From: a virus
Lineage: Duplodnaviria > Caudoviricetes
Virus record (IMG/VR): IMGVR_UViG_3300009678_000375
Span: 1-27,282 of that record
Reading direction: 5' to 3' (one strand)
DNA: 27,282 nucleotides
Shown: positions 9,036 through 18,908 of the stretch, piece by piece
How the letters are laid out: each line of letters begins with the position of its first letter
How positions within the stretch are numbered: the stretch's first letter is position 1
The notes under the pieces: model-generated
Seen by the model: the letters and a program-made list of their open reading frames with translations, nothing else
Database searches by the model: none
Told to the model about the DNA's origin: nothing
Program-made: the position numbers and the translations under genes

Positions 9036-10522
9036 TATCTACCTACCTTAAAACCTGATCTCTTAGCAGCTTCAATCTCAGAAGGGGTATTCAAAATGGT
9101 AGCTCTACGACCATCAGGACCAGTTACCATAATCCGCTTACCGGATTTAACCTCTGCACTCTGCTGAATTTGTGCAGCACTAGGCTGTCTAGGTGCTGGA
9201 GGTCTAACTCCACCTTCACCAGTATCTCCTGCAGCAGTCTGATCATTTGGATCAGGTACTCTGTTAGAACCACCTATTGGAGCAGGTCTACTACTGGAAA
9301 CAGGTGGCTTGTAATCAGGATCAATTGCACTCCTATATTCATCATATGCCTTTGCTTCAGCTTCAGAATGAGCACCAACACCAGAACCAAACCAACCACC
9401 TTCTCCTGGAGTAGGTCTAGGCTTCCACGTAAGTCCGCCCTTACCATCTCCCTTCATATACTTAGAAGCTTCACTACTATGAGCAGTGTAAGCCTCTTCC
9501 ATTCTATCCTGCTTCTGCCTTCTAGTTTCTAGTGTATTAGTAGTTGCTCCTCTAGAACCAGGTGTGCGTACTGGACCTGTCGTACCCGGAATACGTCTAA
9601 TAGGTGCATCTGGATCTCGGGGATTGACTACACCCGCACCCGTATCATCATTTACTACTTCAGCACCTGCCGCTACAGTGCGACCCATTGCATCAGCACC
9701 AGTCTGACGTGCGGCTTCTACTCGCCATCCACCCTCAAGATTAATCTTCTCTTCCTGAGTCAAGTTACCAGATGAACCGAGTCTACGAGAACTCTGACCA
9801 TCTGGACTATAGGCCATGACATCTGGACCGACAACCTTCACAGTCCACTTGTTAGCTCTCGCATTCTCTGCATTTGCACGAATCAATGCAACTTCATTTC
9901 TTGCAGTAGCTGCTCTTTCAGTGGCAGCAGTTCTCTCTGCAGCTGCATGTGCCGTTGCTGCATTAGCCATCAATGTGCGTTCATTGATGTTCTGACGATT
10001 CTCCAATTCAGCTGCCTTATAGTATGGATCAGCGCGTGTCTTCCACTCTTCAACATCACGCATATAAGGTGCGTACATTACTGATTCAGCAGTTTTGATT
10101 GGATCATTAGCCTTAACTGACATACCCGCGGCTACTAGAGTACGTCCCCAGCCTGGAGCTTCTCTAGTTGGAGCCTCATTCAAGAGAGTATTAAGTCTAT
10201 CTCTTGATGTATAATCAGGCGTATAGGCTTCATTCATCTGCTTGAGGTAATCCTGTAGAGTTCTACCCGTATTAGGGTCTACTCTAGGTGCCTCAATAGT
10301 GGGAGCTTGAATTGGACTAGGTTCCTGAAGTGGCTGACCATCTGGTCCCAAGATAGCATTACTATCCTGTTGCGCAGCTACTGATTCCAAACCAGGACCG
10401 GGAGTATATGGAGATGAAGGATTACTATCCTCATTCATATAGTTCATCCCAGCACCAGGAGTAAGCTGGTCATACCCACCCATGAGATTCTGCTGGCGGA
10501 GTCTACCGATATCGTATGCCAT
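9035..10522 (-). CDS. Putative internal virion / DNA ejection protein
   Basis: About 495 aa from the ATG at 10522 (MAYDIG), 2 nt after the upstream stop and with GGAGG upstream; the track's 10534 start is less likely. It has Ala-rich coiled coil and low-complexity segments, and lies between the tail genes and the giant protein, as podophage ejection genes do. Confidence 0.6.
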   Translation of the reverse strand: MAYDIGRLRQQNLMGGYDQLTPGAGMNYMNEDSNPSSPYTPGPGLESVAAQQDSNAILGPDGQPLQEPSPIQAPTIEAPRVDPNTGRTLQDYLKQMNEAYTPDYTSRDRLNTLLNEAPTREAPGWGRTLVAAGMSVKANDPIKTAESVMYAPYMRDVEEWKTRADPYYKAAELENRQNINERTLMANAATAHAAAERTAATERAATARNEVALIRANAENARANKWTVKVVGPDVMAYSPDGQSSRRLGSSGNLTQEEKINLEGGWRVEAARQTGADAMGRTVAAGAEVVNDDTGAGVVNPRDPDAPIRRIPGTTGPVRTPGSRGATTNTLETRRQKQDRMEEAYTAHSSEASKYMKGDGKGGLTWKPRPTPGEGGWFGSGVGAHSEAEAKAYDEYRSAIDPDYKPPVSSSRPAPIGGSNRVPDPNDQTAAGDTGEGGVRPPAPRQPSAAQIQQSAEVKSGKRIMVTGPDGRRATILNTPSEIEAAKRSGFKVGR

Positions 10523-10524
10523 GA

Positions 10525-11613
10525 TTAACCCCAACCTCCATCGGGACCGGGACCAGCACCTTGACTACGGGCATCATAAGTAGGATTAGTAGTTGCAACA
10601 GGCTTCTTCTTAGTAGTTAGTTTATCAACAATTGGATTAGCGATACGACTCGCCGTGTCAATCCAATCCTTAGTTCTATCAACAGTCTGCTCATACTTAC
10701 CGGGCTGCCCACCTACTGCAACCTCATTCTTAATCTGATTCTGACCGAATGTACCACTCTGACCGATAGCTGAGAGTACCTGATCTCCATACAACTGAGC
10801 CATACCTGGAGTGGTACCATAGAGAGATGTCATACCACTGAGAGCACGCAACTGATCTGCTCTACTAGCTGCAGCAGACTGCATTGCATTAGATGCACTA
10901 CCTGCTGCCGCGGCATTACGCGCACCTGCGTTAGACTGCTTGGCCTGATTATTGATACCAGCATTGTATTTCTGTACATCGAGATCACCAGCTAGACGCT
11001 GTTTCTCGATATCAGTCATACCTGTCAATCCTGCCAACTTACCAGTATTCCTAGATTCAATCATACCAGCTTCAACATTCTGCATGGCATCAGCACCAAG
11101 CTGACCCTGCTCTCTAGCCATGCGTGCCTGTAGAGCCATAGCATTAGGGGAATATCCACCCTGAAGTGAACGCTGTCTAGCTACTTCACGTTCAGCGTTA
11201 GCATATGCGGCTCGAACTGGAGATGTTCCTCTTGCTCTCAAATTAGCTACATCAGCAGCAGAATATCCGCCAGTATTACTGAAGTCCTGAAATCCAGCAT
11301 AGGAATTAAAGGGATCATTGTACTTAATATTCTCTGGAGTCCATGACTCAGCTCCATAACTATAATCACCCCCACCACCCCCACCTCCACCTGGACCTAC
11401 AGTACCGGCACCACTAGCGATGCCTCTATACTGATTCATAATGTCAGTATAGTCACCATAATTGGCTTCAGAACCACGCGCATAGTTCTCAGCCATTAGA
11501 CCCATAATAGGATCAATTTGGCCCTCATACCTCTGCTGTTGATAACCCATCTGGTTTTGCGCACGTCCCTTAGGATCGTTACCAGATGATGTATCGAACG
11601 GATTATATGCCAT
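10525..11613 (-). CDS. Putative DNA transfer / ejection protein
   Basis: 362 aa, rich in Gly/Ala/Gln/Asn, no Cys, helical with a poly-Gly linker. GAGGTG RBS. First of three ejection-like genes. Confidence 0.6.
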   Translation of the reverse strand: MAYNPFDTSSGNDPKGRAQNQMGYQQQRYEGQIDPIMGLMAENYARGSEANYGDYTDIMNQYRGIASGAGTVGPGGGGGGGGDYSYGAESWTPENIKYNDPFNSYAGFQDFSNTGGYSAADVANLRARGTSPVRAAYANAEREVARQRSLQGGYSPNAMALQARMAREQGQLGADAMQNVEAGMIESRNTGKLAGLTGMTDIEKQRLAGDLDVQKYNAGINNQAKQSNAGARNAAAAGSASNAMQSAAASRADQLRALSGMTSLYGTTPGMAQLYGDQVLSAIGQSGTFGQNQIKNEVAVGGQPGKYEQTVDRTKDWIDTASRIANPIVDKLTTKKKPVATTNPTYDARSQGAGPGPDGGWG

Positions 11614-11623
11614 GCATCACCTC

Positions 11624-11977
11624 TTAACTAGGAGTGTCAATACCAGCGAGGGCATTCCATAGACTTCTAATCTGAGATTCCAAATCAATATCTGCTGCTG
11701 TACATGTGGAAGTCTCAGTTGCTTCATCGTATGTAGTAAATGCTATGATATTTACACCCATCACAATCTGGGGACCAGCCATAGTAGCTGCGGCTTGAGG
11801 TCCACCGATAACTCTCTGTGCATAAAATGCACGAGGCTGGTGATATGGTGTACTACCTGGTTCACTGAGAATGGAACCAGCTACGAAAGCTAACATAGCC
11901 GTAACACGTTCCATGAATCCACCCGGACCTGTATCACGGGTCAATCCCATCTGTTGAACTGAAACTTCTACGGCCAT
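11624..11977 (-). CDS. Hypothetical protein downstream of the tail fibre (possible fibre chaperone or accessory)
   Basis: 117 aa with an AGGAG RBS; function inferred from position only. Confidence 0.55.
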   Translation of the reverse strand: MAVEVSVQQMGLTRDTGPGGFMERVTAMLAFVAGSILSEPGSTPYHQPRAFYAQRVIGGPQAAATMAGPQIVMGVNIIAFTTYDEATETSTCTAADIDLESQIRSLWNALAGIDTPS

Positions 11978-11987
11978 GTGAATCTCC

Positions 11988-13532
11988 TTAAACTACTGAG
12001 TAGGTGTACTGATAGAACAATGGCTCTACACCGTTATGAACTGATTTCCACCGTAGTTCGATAGTGTTAGCAGGACCAGCGAATACAGTACCAGCTGATC
12101 CGAAAGCTGATGCAATACTTCCACCGGCTTGATGATCCGCAGTGAAATTACTATTAACTGGTCCCGCTAGTCTAATCTGACAAACATTACCTACAACTAC
12201 AGCAGATGCATCTACTTTACCCGATACAGTAACTACATTACCTACTCTTATGAATTGAGCAGGACCAATAACAAGTGTGGCCATATTTGCTAAGCCACCG
12301 CCTGATGGGGTATAGTTTCCCCAGTTTAATCCCGTACCACCTTGATTAACCTGATCAACAAGTAATCCACCAGCACCTGTTCTAACTTGACCAGTACGAC
12401 CAATACTAAGTGATCTAAGCCAATTACTTCCTACTGGAGTTATACCATCATCATCAGTTGGAGCGAATGCTAATACCTGTTGTGTCTGAAGTAGTACATA
12501 AGTCTGAGAACCTGATGGTTGTGCAGTCTCCCTCAAATGAATTCGGGCTGCTGGTGTGCCTCGAATATATAGTCCTTCAGAACTAGTACTAATGAATGAA
12601 CCAGCAGTTTGAATAGCATTAGTAGCAACGATATAGTTAAGAGATTCTAGTGCATATCCTTTAATAACACCATTCGCATCAATATTACCAACTCTATTAA
12701 TTGTTACTCCTGGACCTGAAGTAGCATTCTCTGCATCATTTGGGAAATCGAAATGAATTAATTTCTGATAATGGTAAACTCGTGCTTTCTTTTCATTAGC
12801 GATTTCACTAGGATTATTCAGGATAATAGCTGGATGAGGAGTTCCAGTTAATTCTAACTGCGTAGCTGTAGATGTAGTGATAGTCTGTTTCTGAGTAAAT
12901 ACATTAGGCTGATTAGTCCATGCATTATTCAGTAGAGTGTCACCTCCACCTATTTGATGCGTAGCCTGATGTGGTCCTGCTGGTGGTCCTGTATCTCCGG
13001 TATCACCTTTCGGACCTTCTGGTCCAATAGGACCCTGTATACCTTGTGGTCCTTGTGCTCCAGTAGAACCTGGAGGACCAGTTGCACCAGTACTACCCGG
13101 AGGACCTGGTACAGTAGATGCTGGACCTGCTGGCCCAATTGGTCCCTGTGGACCTGTAGGACCTGGAGGTCCTTGAATTAAGCCCGCATCAACCCATGCA
13201 GTACCATCCCATACCCATAGATGGCCATCATCCTCAGTAATGTATCCATCTCCAGGTGTATTACCAGTAGGTGGTAGACTACCTGAATCAGGTACACTAC
13301 CTTTAATAACTACACCAGTACCGGGATCTCCTTTATCTCCCTTATCTCCCTTAGTACCAGGTGTACCAGCACCCTTAGTAGCTAACTCTTCATTTATTAC
13401 ACGCTGGTATTGGGTTAATCTTTCAATTAACGTCTGCAATACTTGATAATCAGCATTATCCTGCTGAGTTTGAGACAGGATGGCCTTTAGATCAGCAAAC
13501 TGGGGCTGTACTCTAGGTTTCTGGAAGGCCAT
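11988..13532 (-). CDS. Tail fibre protein with collagen-like Gly-X-Y repeats
   Basis: 514 aa. N-terminal coiled coil, [10 protein letters not shown], a GDGYI...LWVWDGTAW module, a long (GPx)n tract, a [11 protein letters not shown] motif and a beta-rich C-terminal putative receptor-binding region. Confidence 0.8.
   Translation of the reverse strand: MAFQKPRVQPQFADLKAILSQTQQDNADYQVLQTLIERLTQYQRVINEELATKGAGTPGTKGDKGDKGDPGTGVVIKGSVPDSGSLPPTGNTPGDGYITEDDGHLWVWDGTAWVDAGLIQGPPGPTGPQGPIGPAGPASTVPGPPGSTGATGPPGSTGAQGPQGIQGPIGPEGPKGDTGDTGPPAGPHQATHQIGGGDTLLNNAWTNQPNVFTQKQTITTSTATQLELTGTPHPAIILNNPSEIANEKKARVYHYQKLIHFDFPNDAENATSGPGVTINRVGNIDANGVIKGYALESLNYIVATNAIQTAGSFISTSSEGLYIRGTPAARIHLRETAQPSGSQTYVLLQTQQVLAFAPTDDDGITPVGSNWLRSLSIGRTGQVRTGAGGLLVDQVNQGGTGLNWGNYTPSGGGLANMATLVIGPAQFIRVGNVVTVSGKVDASAVVVGNVCQIRLAGPVNSNFTADHQAGGSIASAFGSAGTVFAGPANTIELRWKSVHNGVEPLFYQYTYSVV
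12975..13175 (-). repeat. Collagen-like (Gly-X-Y)n coding repeat within the tail fibre
   Basis: [65 protein letters not shown]; recurrent ggacc/ggtcc units in the DNA. Confidence 0.9.
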
Positions 13533-13843
13533 TATGCACCTGGATATGAAGTATAGATTTCCTTCATGTAAACTACAATTCGATTAATTTTAACGTATTC
13601 ATTTAATTCTGTTAGTTGCAGTTCAAATGATACTCTTTGTCCAGTAAAATTTACAATTCTATTTGGTTGAATTCGTTCTTTAACATGTAATACAAATGGT
13701 ACCAGTTCCTTATGGAGTACATAATCCATAGAATGAACTACCATAAGTAGATTACCAGAACCTACTGCACGTAATCGAAGAGTAGAAAAATGCTGAACAT
13801 TTTCTCCACTTGAGCCTTCACTGGAAATAGCTCCTCTTGGCAT
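13532..13843 (-). CDS. Small beta-rich tail protein, probably the separately encoded C-terminal domain of the nozzle/stabilisation protein
   Basis: 103 aa of alternating beta strands ([15 protein letters not shown]...RVSFELQL...VKINRIVVY). Own RBS (GGAGAG) and ATG 2 nt after the upstream stop. Confidence 0.55.
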   Translation of the reverse strand: MPRGAISSEGSSGENVQHFSTLRLRAVGSGNLLMVVHSMDYVLHKELVPFVLHVKERIQPNRIVNFTGQRVSFELQLTELNEYVKINRIVVYMKEIYTSYPGA

Positions 13844-13845
13844 GA

Positions 13846-16230
13846 TTACTCTCCCAGAAAGGCAGTACGGACAGCTATTCTAATTGGAAAATCGTGTACA
13901 GATCCAGTTGATACATTTGCAAACTGATCAAATTTATCTGTATTAGCAGGATCCATTATCATCAATCCTCCTCCAATGTTAGGTTCAGGAGGCTCGGGAT
14001 AAGTACCTGGAAATGCATGAGGAGGAGCTGTAATATCAGATGGATATCCACTACCATCTGGCGGTGGCCAGATTTTACTACGTATCATTGGAAGATATTC
14101 TCGAAATACAAGTGGTCCGGGATAGGTACCAAGTATCAATTTATCTGTTTTAAACAGAACAATTGAATTAATATCTACCAAATCAAAATTCCACAATGCC
14201 CATCGAATATCCTTGGGATTCAATCCATTTGAATAATCAGCAAGTAGTAGGAGAGTCAAATCATCAGGAAAAGTCATCCAAATCTTTTTACGGATAGAAT
14301 CATTAACTATACTTATTTTATGAAATTTATTCTTATCAAAGTGATTCCAAATATTTTCAATCTTCCAGCTCAGTTCCGGCCGCGCATATGTACCATTAAA
14401 TAGCATTAATCCGGATTGACTAGCAGTAATTAGGTAATCAGTATTAACACCACCAGAATCCAATACTTCAGCTATACCATGTACAGGACAGCCAATACCT
14501 TCATCTACTGCTTCCACTGGTCCCCAAGTAACAGGTTCATCTTCATTATCTACAACAGAATAAGTACGAGTTTGCTTGAACAGATAAAGAACATCACGAA
14601 ATACTTCACAATGGGTGAGTGGATTTCCATCTAATGGTGTAATAATTAGTCCATCAATTTGATTAATTGATTCAGGTTCCCCCGCTGCACTCACCCAAGC
14701 AACTGATCTATTATCAGGTTTAGTGGTATCATCTGTAATACCATCTGCTTTCTTAGTATAGCTTGGATCTCCTACAAGTACCATACGACTATGATATTCA
14801 CCTAATGCTACTCCAGCAGGAATCTTACTAAAATTCTCTGTCAAATGAGATGCATCAGCTACTAGATCAGAATCATAGTAACTGACTGTCTTAGTAGTAT
14901 CAGTATTATTCTCTATTGTTCCATTGGGAATAAAGAAAAACTGATACCCTTTCTGATCTCCATTATATTCAGGGATTGCCTTAGTTGAAACAAGATGTCG
15001 TTTCACTACACGACTAGGTATAACAGGTGGTCCAACAGATTCAACTGGACCAACTGGAATATTACTAACTTTAACTCCATAGTTTTCACCTACATATGTA
15101 TTTCCTCCAATAAACTGTGGCCCAGGCGCACTTAAATAACCTGTATCAGTTTCAAAGACTACACCAACTAAGTGGAATCCAAGATCAGAATAATAAATAG
15201 TAGGTGGATTAGTTACAGGTGCAGCTACATTTTCTACTACTAATGCAGTTTTGAATGGAGCAGGTTCAGTACCAGGTACATAAGCTACAGTAAGATTTGC
15301 ATCAGGAATATCAATTCTAATACTAGTAGTAAAATTATCATTAATAGTAATAGCTTCAAAGAGTGGAGTTCCCACACCAGGAGTATAAATATTTGCCTTA
15401 CTCATGTAAATTACTCTATTTATCGTACCAACATTTCCTACTGGAATACCAGTTAATTGAATTGCTTTATCTCCAGGTGCATATCCCACAGCAAATACTA
15501 TTGGATCAGTACCTGTTGATGTTATACGAGGACCAGCCATTCCCAAAACAGGACCAGCACCAGTGACAGATACTGCAAATGCATGTTGTCCCTGAGTAAC
15601 TGTTCCTGCAAATGGACTGGTATAAGCTAGAAAGGGTTCATTCCATCGAGTAAATCCACCACTGTTAGTGTTAGAAGGAGCTTCTCCAGAGGCAGGACGT
15701 GCCTTTATTGTAGTTCCAACAGGTGTACCGGGTGGACGATAGTATACATAAACAAATTCTCCGGGTAGACCTAGAGAATAGTTTGTACCAGCTGTATCAA
15801 GAATAGTTCTGAATGGAGTAATATAAGCTCTACCAGCTATTGAAATGAATCCAAAATCTTCCATTCCCATGTGTACATATGTAACAGGAGTAGTAGCAGG
15901 AAAAACTTCTTTAGGACCAATAGTAAGAATAAGGTATACTTGATCTGGAGCCACCACATGATAGAGTTTACCTCCATCAGTTAACACAAGGAGAGTTTGA
16001 CCATTTTGTGTAGTATAATTGTAAACACGTTTAGTTTTCTTAATATCATCTTCAAATAAATTAGTTTTATAAGGCTTAACAGCCTGACGAGTTTCAATTC
16101 CTGAATGAATGAATTGAACATTATTTGCTAATAGAAGATGATCTTTAGGACATGACTCATCATCACCTCTAGACCACAATCCATTAAATTCTTCAATTAC
16201 AACTGGGTTATGTTCCCGAACCTTGCCCAT
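13846..16230 (-). CDS. Tail nozzle / stabilisation protein (P22 gp10 / T7 gp12-like beta-propeller)
   Basis: 794 aa, beta-rich. N-terminal FNGLW...ANNV pattern, YHSRMVLVG, VAWVSAAGEPES, VLYLFK, DEGIGC, GLMLFNG and LSWKIE are typical of podophage nozzle proteins. It follows the adaptor gene. Confidence 0.7.
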   Translation of the reverse strand: MGKVREHNPVVIEEFNGLWSRGDDESCPKDHLLLANNVQFIHSGIETRQAVKPYKTNLFEDDIKKTKRVYNYTTQNGQTLLVLTDGGKLYHVVAPDQVYLILTIGPKEVFPATTPVTYVHMGMEDFGFISIAGRAYITPFRTILDTAGTNYSLGLPGEFVYVYYRPPGTPVGTTIKARPASGEAPSNTNSGGFTRWNEPFLAYTSPFAGTVTQGQHAFAVSVTGAGPVLGMAGPRITSTGTDPIVFAVGYAPGDKAIQLTGIPVGNVGTINRVIYMSKANIYTPGVGTPLFEAITINDNFTTSIRIDIPDANLTVAYVPGTEPAPFKTALVVENVAAPVTNPPTIYYSDLGFHLVGVVFETDTGYLSAPGPQFIGGNTYVGENYGVKVSNIPVGPVESVGPPVIPSRVVKRHLVSTKAIPEYNGDQKGYQFFFIPNGTIENNTDTTKTVSYYDSDLVADASHLTENFSKIPAGVALGEYHSRMVLVGDPSYTKKADGITDDTTKPDNRSVAWVSAAGEPESINQIDGLIITPLDGNPLTHCEVFRDVLYLFKQTRTYSVVDNEDEPVTWGPVEAVDEGIGCPVHGIAEVLDSGGVNTDYLITASQSGLMLFNGTYARPELSWKIENIWNHFDKNKFHKISIVNDSIRKKIWMTFPDDLTLLLLADYSNGLNPKDIRWALWNFDLVDINSIVLFKTDKLILGTYPGPLVFREYLPMIRSKIWPPPDGSGYPSDITAPPHAFPGTYPEPPEPNIGGGLMIMDPANTDKFDQFANVSTGSVHDFPIRIAVRTAFLGE

Positions 16231-16961
16231 TAGAAGCCTCCGCGCATTTTATATGCAGCCCTAAAGGGACGGTGACGAGTCATAATCTGCTGACGACCCT
16301 TATTGTTGATGCTATCAATCATTTCGAGCGCACGTTCAGCTTTTGCATCAAGGATTTGCGCGCGTTCAGTATTCTCTCCAATGAACTGAGACGCGTATGA
16401 TGCAGTCTTATAGGCTAGAAATGAACGTGAATTCATACTTCCCACAAAAGCAGCGGGATCTATTTCACTAATAGAATAGTTGAAGTCTCTAATATATCTC
16501 AGTTGAAGTTCTATACGTGTATTAGCACCAAAGGGATTGAAGTAAATAACCTGATTCTCCCACGCCCAATACATCAGTCTATCACTTCGAGGAAATCGAG
16601 GAAGAAACTCTACTCGTGTCATTGGAATGAATGGAGCATGAATATCTCCAGCCACTCTCTCCCCAATTTCCTGAATTTCAACTAGATCTGCTGGATATTT
16701 TGGATCATTCACACTATCTTCTGGATAAAGAGCACTCTGAGTAGTCTCCAAAATCATCTGGAGAATAGGATAAGAAGTAGAAGTCTGAATAGTGGGAGAA
16801 CTCTGACTATCTACTAGAGATAGAGTCAGTTCATCTAGAGCCATCCGCAAGAATGGCCCCAGAACCGCATAGGTGTAATCTGTCTTAGCTGGATCGTTCA
16901 ATAGTATAGCACTACGATCCATTATCTCGCCGGCAGTGACGGATGAAGTGCTAACAGGCAT
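16230..16961 (-). CDS. Putative head-tail adaptor (tail tubular protein A-like)
   Basis: 243 aa. N-terminal TAGEIMDRSAILLND helix, YPADL motif, central beta region and C-terminal helices; immediately upstream of the nozzle gene. Confidence 0.6.
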   Translation of the reverse strand: MPVSTSSVTAGEIMDRSAILLNDPAKTDYTYAVLGPFLRMALDELTLSLVDSQSSPTIQTSTSYPILQMILETTQSALYPEDSVNDPKYPADLVEIQEIGERVAGDIHAPFIPMTRVEFLPRFPRSDRLMYWAWENQVIYFNPFGANTRIELQLRYIRDFNYSISEIDPAAFVGSMNSRSFLAYKTASYASQFIGENTERAQILDAKAERALEMIDSINNKGRQQIMTRHRPFRAAYKMRGGF

Positions 16962-16970
16962 TGATCTCTC

Positions 16971-17237
16971 CTATGCAACAACAGTTACAGTGTAAACACC
17001 AGCTGCAACGGCAACAACGACTGTAGCTGTAGGAAGAGAAATGTCAAAGTCCTTGACATCATCACTTTTCCCGTCAGCAGTAGGAGGAAGAGCAACATTA
17101 GACTGATCGACCTGAACAGACATAACCTTACCAACCAGATCAAATGTAACTGATTCCACATCCAGAATATTCAATGCAGTTACTTGACTAGCTGGACCAG
17201 TCTTCGCCGTGACTACTACTTTGTGTGGAGTTGTCAT
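16971..17237 (-). CDS. Small beta-rich hypothetical virion protein (88 aa)
   Basis: Start reassigned to the ATG at 17237 (MTTPHKVVV), which has an AAGGA RBS and no overlap with the upstream gene; Val/Thr-rich strands. Confidence 0.6.
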   Translation of the reverse strand: MTTPHKVVVTAKTGPASQVTALNILDVESVTFDLVGKVMSVQVDQSNVALPPTADGKSDDVKDFDISLPTATVVVAVAAGVYTVTVVA

Positions 17238-17256
17238 GTTTTCTTCCTTCCTATAA

Positions 17257-17952
17257 CTACTGAGCAAACGTGAGATTGAGCTTCTTAGCCAACTCTGGAT
17301 CTGCAATTGCCTTACAGGTCTGGCAAATCGGAAACTGACCGTTACGGAGTGAACCACATGCAATGCAACGTACCAATTCAGCAGTCTGAATGTCACTCAA
17401 CCACGGTTTATTCGTGATATTGAGTTCACGACAAGCCACACGCGCATCAGTCGAGATAGCAAGTGGATTTCCATTCGATCTAGACCACAGAATATCAGCG
17501 ATACGGATCAATTCCATGAACCATCGCTTCTGATTCTCTCTTGCACGAAGAAGTAGAGGAGAATGATCCTTCTTGATCTTCTCTACTGTGTACTCACCAG
17601 GAATATAGAACAATCCCGGCATCATATCATCCAAATTGCATGCAAGAAGACCATTACAATAGTCTCTCACGATACTATCTGCAATCTGAATACTTGACAC
17701 AGGGATTTCTAGGAGAGGCTGATTCTCATCAATCTCACGCCACCAACTAGAGGTTCCAACTACTAGTACTGATGGATTTTCAAATGTACCAGCAGGCAAT
17801 TCAAAGAATCCAGGTGAAATAGTTGGCTTTCTTTCAGTAATCTGCTTAGGAAGAATCGACACTACAGTCGATTTATCCATTGGATTAATCTCGGCACGAA
17901 TAGCCCGACGATTAGTCTGAGCAATTCCAGGAAATTCACCTACTACACTCAT
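17257..17952 (-). CDS. Hypothetical protein with C-terminal zinc ribbon
   Basis: 231 aa with RCIACG...ICQTC near the C-terminus; TAATG-coupled, AAGGGAG RBS. Confidence 0.65.
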   Translation of the reverse strand: MSVVGEFPGIAQTNRRAIRAEINPMDKSTVVSILPKQITERKPTISPGFFELPAGTFENPSVLVVGTSSWWREIDENQPLLEIPVSSIQIADSIVRDYCNGLLACNLDDMMPGLFYIPGEYTVEKIKKDHSPLLLRARENQKRWFMELIRIADILWSRSNGNPLAISTDARVACRELNITNKPWLSDIQTAELVRCIACGSLRNGQFPICQTCKAIADPELAKKLNLTFAQ

Positions 17953-18488
17953 TAGTTTACTCCCTTGTAACTAGATGGAACTACAACACCCTCTTTATAA
18001 CGAAGCGCATCACCTACTTCGGTCTCATTTCCGAATAGTTCTTCATGCAACTTCGTAAGTCTCTCTTCTTTAGCTTCAATTCCCACATCAGGATCTACAT
18101 ACTTCTTAAGACTTGTCTTACCCATCGCAGCGTAAAGAGTATCGACGATTAGTTTCGTCGGTTCCCACTTAGGTGGAAGTGGATTACCTGTTGCATCCAC
18201 ATAAACCCACAATGGCTCATAACTCAATTTAACGCCCGCGAGTTCCTTGATTTGAAAATCTGGTACTACTACTAGACGTTCCAATACATAGGCATTTTGA
18301 ATGTAATTGTACTTACGTACCTCTCGAACAACGGGAGTCAATAGCTGAATCCCGTTGTCGAGAGTATCCATCATTCGCTTCTCTACTTGATCAGGAGCCC
18401 ATACTATCTTAAAGATAGGCATACCACTCGAAGAGTCAAGACCGAAGTGATCAATGAGCTGCTGATTGAGAGAAACGATAGGGTCCAT
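17952..18488 (-). CDS. Hypothetical phage protein
   Basis: 178 aa ORF in the operon, coupled to the next gene; no motif recognised. Confidence 0.65.
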   Translation of the reverse strand: MDPIVSLNQQLIDHFGLDSSSGMPIFKIVWAPDQVEKRMMDTLDNGIQLLTPVVREVRKYNYIQNAYVLERLVVVPDFQIKELAGVKLSYEPLWVYVDATGNPLPPKWEPTKLIVDTLYAAMGKTSLKKYVDPDVGIEAKEERLTKLHEELFGNETEVGDALRYKEGVVVPSSYKGVN

Positions 18489-18497
18489 TACTCTTTC

Positions 18498-18797
18498 CTA
18501 GATGACAGTGATGCCACTAACAATGGCCCACTTATTGAGACGCTTCATGTAGACCAAAATAATCATGTTGACAGTGGAACCAATTCCCTGAAACACATTA
18601 CCAGTATTACTGATAATGATTGGTCCACCTACGGGAACCAGAAAGCACAGTCCACTATGTCCACCACCAAATGCGGGAACGATATTGTCAATCGTTACAC
18701 CTGTACTGATTAGGTGAACAATATCTGTCTTAGGACTGATAGTAGCTGCTGCTGATAAAGTACCTTCACTCAACTTGGTCGTAATTCCTGGAATCAT
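18498..18797 (-). CDS. Small beta-rich protein, possible capsid decoration protein
   Basis: 99 aa, Gly/Ile/Thr-rich, first gene after the major capsid gene, GAGG RBS. Confidence 0.5.
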   Translation of the reverse strand: MIPGITTKLSEGTLSAAATISPKTDIVHLISTGVTIDNIVPAFGGGHSGLCFLVPVGGPIIISNTGNVFQGIGSTVNMIILVYMKRLNKWAIVSGITVI

Positions 18798-18831
18798 CTT
18801 GAGCCTCTTTCCCCACCACCGCCATGAAAGA

Positions 18832-18904
18832 GTAGGTGGATGCTAGCTTCTCACGTGAGGGAGTATGAATGTGACACGTGAGCCCAGTCCAAACATCCAC
18901 CTAC
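18832..18904 (-). promoter_or_regulatory. Nested inverted repeat (long RNA hairpin) after the capsid gene; terminator, attenuator or RNase III-type processing site
   Basis: GTAGGTGGATG (18832-18842) pairs perfectly with CATCCACCTAC (18894-18904). Inside, CTCACGTG (18850-18857) pairs with CACGTGAG (18875-18882). It is followed on the - strand by UCUUU. Confidence 0.65.
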
Positions 18905-18908
18905 AAGA

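Noticed and set aside
12975-13370. Short DNA repeats as a possible CRISPR array or DGR repeat
   Set aside because: They are explained by collagen Gly-X-Y codons; there is no constant repeat-spacer structure and no reverse transcriptase in the window.
17238-17396. N-terminal extension of the 141-aa ORF in the track
   Set aside because: It overlaps the upstream gene by 140 nt; the ATG at 17237 has a better RBS.
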